Shown here: in pieces, positions 57,811 to 64,000 of the stretch
How the letters are laid out: each line of letters starts with the position of its first letter
Numbering within the stretch: the stretch's first letter is position 1
From: an uncultured Verrucomicrobiota bacterium
Lineage (GTDB): Bacteria; Verrucomicrobiota; CALLYA01; CAYNBQ01
Direction of reading: 5' to 3'
Length of the DNA stretch: 64,000 bases
NCBI GenBank assembly: GCA_964395275.1
Contig: CAYNBQ010000004.1
Span: 504 to 64,503, forward strand
The notes under the pieces: model-generated
The model's input: only the letters and a program-made list of their open reading frames with translations
Told to the model about the DNA's origin: nothing
Database searches by the model: none
Position numbers and translations under genes: made by a program

Positions 57811-59754
57811 GTGCGAACGAACCGAACGCCTCATGGACAGTCCTCTTTCCGCACGCGGCCGGCGCGCGTCGCCGGAAACGGCGCCGTATCCTTCTTCCTC
57901 GCCCTGATCCTTCTCCTCCCTTCCGGCTGCCGGCGGAACGAATCCGCGGAACTGGCCCGGGGACGGGCCCTCCTCGAGGAAGGCCGTCCCGCGGAAGCCG
58001 TCGCGCCCCTCGAATCGGCCTGCCGGCGCCTGCCCGATTCCGCGGAACCCGCCGTGTTGCTCGGCCGCGCCCTGCGGGACTCGGGCGATTTCGACCGCGC
58101 GGAAGCGGCCTTTCGCGAGGCCGTGAAACGGGATCCCTCCTCGGCCGACGCCTGGAGAGGGCTGGCCGACACGCTGGTCGATCTCGGCAGGCTCGAGGAA
58201 GCGGCCGAGGCCTACGGCGAAGTCGTCGCCCTCGACGGCGCGGACACCGCCGCCCTCCTGGCCCGGGGCCGCTGTCTCGCCGCGCTGGGCCGGACGAAAG
58301 AGGCTTCGAGATCGCTGCTCGCCGTCATCCAGCGGGGCGATCCCTCCCTGGGCGGCGCCGCCTCGCTGGTGCTGGCCGACATGGCGCTGGCCTCGGGCGA
58401 ACCCGTGGAAGCCGAACGGCGTCTCCTGGGCGCCCTGGCCCTGGACGATTCCCTGGCGGTCGCCCACCTGAAACTGGCGCGTCTCTACGACGGCCGCCTG
58501 CGGAACCCGCCCAGGGCCCTGGAACATTACCGCGCCTTCCTGCCGGCCGCCCGCGACGAGGTTCTGAGGGCCGCCGTCGAAGGGGCGATCGCGCGCCTCG
58601 AACGCGAGACGGGCGGAACGACGGCCGCGGCAGCGTCCCCGACGACCACGACATCGAAGCCGCCCGCGCCGACCCCGGAACAACGGATCATCGCCAGGGC
58701 CAACGCGGCCCTCGAAGCGGGGAACAACGCGGAGGCCGCCGGTCTCTTCCAGGCCCTCGCTCAGCGTTACCTGCTGCGGGGCGACCGGGAATCGGCGTAC
58801 GCCGCCCTGGGGAAGGCCGCCGATCTCGTCCCCGACGACCCGGCGCCGCTGCGTCAGCTCGCCGAACTCCGGGAAAAAGACGGGGACTCCAGGGCCGCCC
58901 TGGCGGCCTGGAAACAGGTCGTCGACCGCAGCCCGAACGATCTGGCCGCGCTGATGCAGGCGGCCAACCTGGCCATGGAACTCGGGGAAAACGACGCGGC
59001 CGCGATCTACCTGCGCCGGATCACGGAACTCTCGCCCGACTCCGCCCAGCCTCTCCTGCTTCTCGCGCAGATCTACGACCGGAAACTCGGCATGCGGGAC
59101 GAGGCCCGCCGCGCCTACGTCACCTTCCTGGTGCAGCACCCGAAACACCCGCAGAACGTCGCCGTCCGGGCGCGCCTGGTCGAACTGGTCCGCGAAGACT
59201 CGAAACCGGGCGAACCGTGGCCCTGGCCGGTGCCCGAGCTGCCCGGGGCCGGTACGTCGGCCCCGGCGAAATCGGAAGCGCTGGCGCGGTTCCGCGACGC
59301 CTTCGAGAAACAACGCCGGGGGAATCTGGACGAGGCGATGGCCCTCTACCGCGAGGCGATCCGCCTCGATCCGCAGATGGCCCGCGCTTTCTACAACCTG
59401 GCCATCTGCCACCGCCAACGGGAAGAAAACCCCGAAGCGATCGGCTGTTACCTGGCGGCGATCCGCATCCGCCCCGCATACGTCGACGCGCGGCACAACA
59501 TCGCCCTGCTGCTTGAGAAGATGGGGGATCTCCAGGGGGCGATCCTCCAGTGGAGCAAGATCCTTGAATCGGATCCCCGCGACGCGACCGCGCACGTCGC
59601 CCTCGGCGACATCTACCGGCGCGACCCGGCCACGATCGACAAGGCCCGCTACCACTACGAATGGTTCGTGAAACTCGATCCGCAGAACCCCCTGGCGCGG
59701 GACGTGCGACGATGGCTTCAGATCAACGCCGGCGGTTCCCGCCGAAGCCCCTGA
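57811..59754 (+). CDS. TPR-repeat lipoprotein
   Basis: Lipobox (LLLPSGCRR) followed by many TPR-like repeats (…AEAAFREAVKRDPSSADAWRGLADTL…; …AMALYREAIRLDPQMARAFYNLAICH…). Confidence 0.8.
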   Translation: MRTNRTPHGQSSFRTRPARVAGNGAVSFFLALILLLPSGCRRNESAELARGRALLEEGRPAEAVAPLESACRRLPDSAEPAVLLGRALRDSGDFDRAEAAFREAVKRDPSSADAWRGLADTLVDLGRLEEAAEAYGEVVALDGADTAALLARGRCLAALGRTKEASRSLLAVIQRGDPSLGGAASLVLADMALASGEPVEAERRLLGALALDDSLAVAHLKLARLYDGRLRNPPRALEHYRAFLPAARDEVLRAAVEGAIARLERETGGTTAAAASPTTTTSKPPAPTPEQRIIARANAALEAGNNAEAAGLFQALAQRYLLRGDRESAYAALGKAADLVPDDPAPLRQLAELREKDGDSRAALAAWKQVVDRSPNDLAALMQAANLAMELGENDAAAIYLRRITELSPDSAQPLLLLAQIYDRKLGMRDEARRAYVTFLVQHPKHPQNVAVRARLVELVREDSKPGEPWPWPVPELPGAGTSAPAKSEALARFRDAFEKQRRGNLDEAMALYREAIRLDPQMARAFYNLAICHRQREENPEAIGCYLAAIRIRPAYVDARHNIALLLEKMGDLQGAILQWSKILESDPRDATAHVALGDIYRRDPATIDKARYHYEWFVKLDPQNPLARDVRRWLQINAGGSRRSP

Positions 59755-59845
59755 CCCCGCCGATCGATCCGCGGCGCCCCCCGACCGGTCCGTCTCGCTC
59801 CGCTTTCTTGCGTCCGGTGCGGCCGCGCCCTATCCTCCGGACGGA

Positions 59846-60490
59846 ATGCCGAACCCCATGTTCCACCCTCTCGACATCGCCATCCTGGTCGTCCTGCTCG
59901 TCGGCTTCTGGCGGGGCTGGCGCAACGGCCTGTCGGGAGAACTGCTGCGGGTCGCCGCCCTGGTCGTCGCCTTCGTCGTGGCCAACCGCTGCCACGCCCT
60001 CCCCGCCCGCTGGATCGCGGAACACACCTCCATGAAGGGCGCCGCGGTCCCCTTCCTGAGCTACGCGGTGATCTTCGTCGGAATCTGGGCGGTCGGCTGG
60101 TTCGTGCGCACCGTGGTCCACAAGATCCTGACGATCAGTTTCGTGAAACATCTCGAAACGATCGGCGGCGCCTTCGCGGGAGCCCTGAAAACGGCGGTGA
60201 TCCTGGCGCTGGCGCTGGTCGGGATGACCCTCGTACCGCTCCTGCAGCCGCTTGCGGAAACGATCGCGGAACACTCGACCCTGGCCGCGTTCACCGTCGC
60301 CAAGGCGCCGACGGTCTGCACCGAACTGAACGAGATCAAGAAAAAATACATCCCGTCCGAGGACCGGCCGGAGGATGAGGCCGCCGAACCCGAACCGCGG
60401 GAGGAACCGGCCGAAGACGAGGATACGATCGAACCGATCGAGATCCCGGACGAGGAGATCGATCTGCACCCGGACCGGCTGCCGCTCTGA
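59846..60490 (+). CDS. cvpA: CvpA family membrane protein (colicin V production protein-like)
   Basis: Four-TM CvpA family (IAILVVLLVGFWRGWRNGLSGELLRVAALVVAFVVA…) with an acidic C-terminal tail. Confidence 0.8.
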   Translation: MPNPMFHPLDIAILVVLLVGFWRGWRNGLSGELLRVAALVVAFVVANRCHALPARWIAEHTSMKGAAVPFLSYAVIFVGIWAVGWFVRTVVHKILTISFVKHLETIGGAFAGALKTAVILALALVGMTLVPLLQPLAETIAEHSTLAAFTVAKAPTVCTELNEIKKKYIPSEDRPEDEAAEPEPREEPAEDEDTIEPIEIPDEEIDLHPDRLPL

Positions 60491-60543
60491 ACGGACGCGG
60501 CGGGCGATCGGGGCGAGTTCCACGGGGGGAGCCGGCACGTCTC

Positions 60544-62370
60544 ATGGCGCGTTTCATTTCGGACAACCAGATCGAGGAGATCCGGGTGCGCAACGACATC
60601 GTCGATGTCGTCGGATCCGTCGTCCCCCTGAAGCGCGCGGGCGCGAATTTCAAGGCGCTCTGTCCCTTCCACAACGAGAAGACGCCCTCGTTCCACGTCA
60701 ACCCCTCCATGCAGATCTTCCACTGCTTCGGATGCGGGGTCGGGGGCGACGTCTTCAAGTTCGTGATGCTCTACGAGAATCTCTCCTTCCCCGAGGCCGC
60801 CCGGTGGTTGGCCGAGCGGGCCGGGATCGTCATCGAGGCCCCGGACCCGGCGCAACGCAGGAAGCGGGAGGTCCGGGACTGGATGCTGGAACTCCACGAA
60901 GAGGCCGCGCAATGGTTCGCCCGGCAACTGGCCTCGCCGGACGGCGCTCCCGCCCGGGAATACCTCGAGAGCCGGGAGTTTCCGGCCGAATGGGCGGAAG
61001 CCTGGCGCCTCGGCTATGCGCCGTCCGGATGGGACGGGTTCCTTTCCTGGGCCGTCCGACGGAAATGGTCGCCCGAGCAGCTCGTGCAGGCCGGTCTCGC
61101 CATGCCGCCGTCCGGCGGGGGCGGCCGTCCCTACGACCGCTTCCGGGGACGGCTCATCTTTCCGATCGCCGACGAACGGGGCCGCGTGGTCGGCTTCAGC
61201 GGCCGCGTCCTCGATCCGGAAGCGAAGGAGGCCAAGTACATCAACAGTCCCGAGACGCCGATCTTCGTGAAGGGACGCCTCCTGTTCGGACTGCACCGGG
61301 CGCGGCGGGCCATCCTCGAGAAACGCCGGGTCGTCGTCTGCGAAGGCCAGATCGACGTCATCCGCGCCCAGATGAGCGGCATGCCCGAGACCGTCGCGCC
61401 TCTCGGAACGGCTTTCACGCCGGACCATGCCCGGCTCCTGAGACGCTACGCCGACGAAGCGGTCCTCCTGTTCGACGCCGACCGCGCGGGCCAGGAGGCG
61501 GCCGTGCGATCGTTCGAAACGCTCCTGTCCGCCCGGATCAGCACCCGGATCGCCCGCCTGCCGGCCGGCGAGGATCCCGACAGCCTCCTGCGGCGCGACG
61601 GCGTCGACGCCCTGCGCAGGATCGTCGACGACGCCGTGGAGATGATCGATTTCCGGATCGACCTCCTGCTGAAGGACCACAGCCTGGCCCAGGCCGCCGG
61701 CCGCATGCGGATCGCCGACGAGATCGTCGCCCTCCTCTCGCGGATCGAGGACCCCATCCTGCGGGACGATTACCTCGTGCGGGCGGCCGATCGGACCGGG
61801 CTTCGGCGCGACGCCCTGGAATCCCGCCTGTCGCGCTCCCCGGGACGAAGGGCCCCGGCCGCAGCCGACGACGCTCCCGCATCGAAGGCGGCCGGGATCC
61901 AGGCCGGTCGGGATCCCGAGTGGATCCTGCTCGGGCTCCTTCTGCGGGAACCGGAAAGCGCCGCCGACCTCGCCGAAGAGATCCCCGAAGAAAGCCTGTC
62001 GGAGGAGCCGGCCGGCCGGCTTCTGCGCCGGATCCTCCGTCTCCTCCGGGAGGACCGGTGGGAAGGGCACCTGAGCCTGCTGGCGGAGGTCGAAACCGAT
62101 CCCGACGCCCAGAAGACCATCACGGCCGTCCTGATGGACCCGATCCGGGCCGGGGACCCCCGCCGGCTGCTCCAGGACTGCCTGGATGCCCTCGAACTGC
62201 GCCGGATCCGCACGGAAATCGAGGCGTTGAAACGCCGGCTCGTGGAACTCTCCGCCGCCGGGGGCGGCGCCGGGGAACTCCGGGAGACCCAGGAACGGCT
62301 CCAGGAACGGATCCGCCGGGAACGCTCCCTGCGGCCGCTGGAGCGAAATCTCCGGGGCTGCGTCCCTTGA
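60544..62370 (+). CDS. dnaG: DNA primase DnaG
   Basis: Zinc-binding domain (CPFHNEKTPSFHVNPSMQIFHCFGCG), RNA polymerase domain and TOPRIM (VVVCEGQIDVI…DADRAGQEAA). Confidence 0.95.
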   Translation: MARFISDNQIEEIRVRNDIVDVVGSVVPLKRAGANFKALCPFHNEKTPSFHVNPSMQIFHCFGCGVGGDVFKFVMLYENLSFPEAARWLAERAGIVIEAPDPAQRRKREVRDWMLELHEEAAQWFARQLASPDGAPAREYLESREFPAEWAEAWRLGYAPSGWDGFLSWAVRRKWSPEQLVQAGLAMPPSGGGGRPYDRFRGRLIFPIADERGRVVGFSGRVLDPEAKEAKYINSPETPIFVKGRLLFGLHRARRAILEKRRVVVCEGQIDVIRAQMSGMPETVAPLGTAFTPDHARLLRRYADEAVLLFDADRAGQEAAVRSFETLLSARISTRIARLPAGEDPDSLLRRDGVDALRRIVDDAVEMIDFRIDLLLKDHSLAQAAGRMRIADEIVALLSRIEDPILRDDYLVRAADRTGLRRDALESRLSRSPGRRAPAAADDAPASKAAGIQAGRDPEWILLGLLLREPESAADLAEEIPEESLSEEPAGRLLRRILRLLREDRWEGHLSLLAEVETDPDAQKTITAVLMDPIRAGDPRRLLQDCLDALELRRIRTEIEALKRRLVELSAAGGGAGELRETQERLQERIRRERSLRPLERNLRGCVP

Positions 62371-62436
62371 CACCCCCGGGGGCTGGCCCTAGCTTTCATC
62401 CTCAGGGTCCCATTCCGCCGCGCGGGCCCGCATTCT

Positions 62437-62442
62437 TATAAT
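62437..62442 (+). promoter_or_regulatory. Possible -10 element (TATAAT) for rpoD
   Basis: An isolated AT-rich TATAAT at 62437-62442 in ~70% GC sequence, ~24 nt upstream of the rpoD ATG. No convincing -35 element. Confidence 0.3.
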
Positions 62443-62465
62443 AGTGGGGGTGTGTCTCCGTTACA

Positions 62466-64000
<1,535 letters not shown>

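Overview
High-GC (~70%) bacterial chromosomal segment. Pseudopilin-like proteins with the H-X9-DG-type C-terminal motif and composition suggest a PVC-superphylum-like organism. Because of the GC content the six-frame track is full of long stop-free antisense frames. Real genes were picked by recognisable protein families, RBS and start context, and 4-nt ATGA / TGATG overlaps that indicate translational coupling. The track's first 'M' is often a GTG or TTG codon.

Core content, in order:
- A DUF3179 / HD-domain / cyclophilin region.
- A cupin - fused pyruvate-dehydrogenase-type E1 alpha/beta - Nnr operon.
- A secreted FlgD-Ig-like protein on a lower-GC islet with a strong terminator.
- A complete but atypical division/cell-wall (dcw) cluster on the minus strand: mraZ-rsmH-ftsL-ftsI-murF-mraY-[LysM protein]-ftsW-[murG-murB fusion]-ddl-ftsQ-ftsA-ftsZ. 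murE, murD and murC are absent from the cluster.
- A Gfo/Idh/MocA oxidoreductase and two very large secreted glycoside-hydrolase-like proteins.
- A DUF438 / DUF1858-DUF2249 pair.
- A Tol-Pal cluster (tolQ-tolR-tolA-tolB-pal).
- A DUF4160/DUF2442 mini-cassette, trmL, an M50 protease, mtaB, rpoN, and an MBL-fold hydrolase.
- A translationally coupled operon: orphan MsmK-like ABC ATPase, a membrane protein with two degenerate GGDEF domains, a small membrane protein and a secreted protein.
- M28 and M48 peptidases, an orphan parB, and a pilin-like gene behind a sigma-54-type promoter.
- A TPR lipoprotein, cvpA, dnaG and the start of rpoD.

The most unusual non-coding signal is a family of structured repeats, roughly 190 nt per unit and in tandem, at two intergenic loci (31.68-32.27 kb and 44.37-44.77 kb). 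Their hairpins show compensatory base changes between copies.
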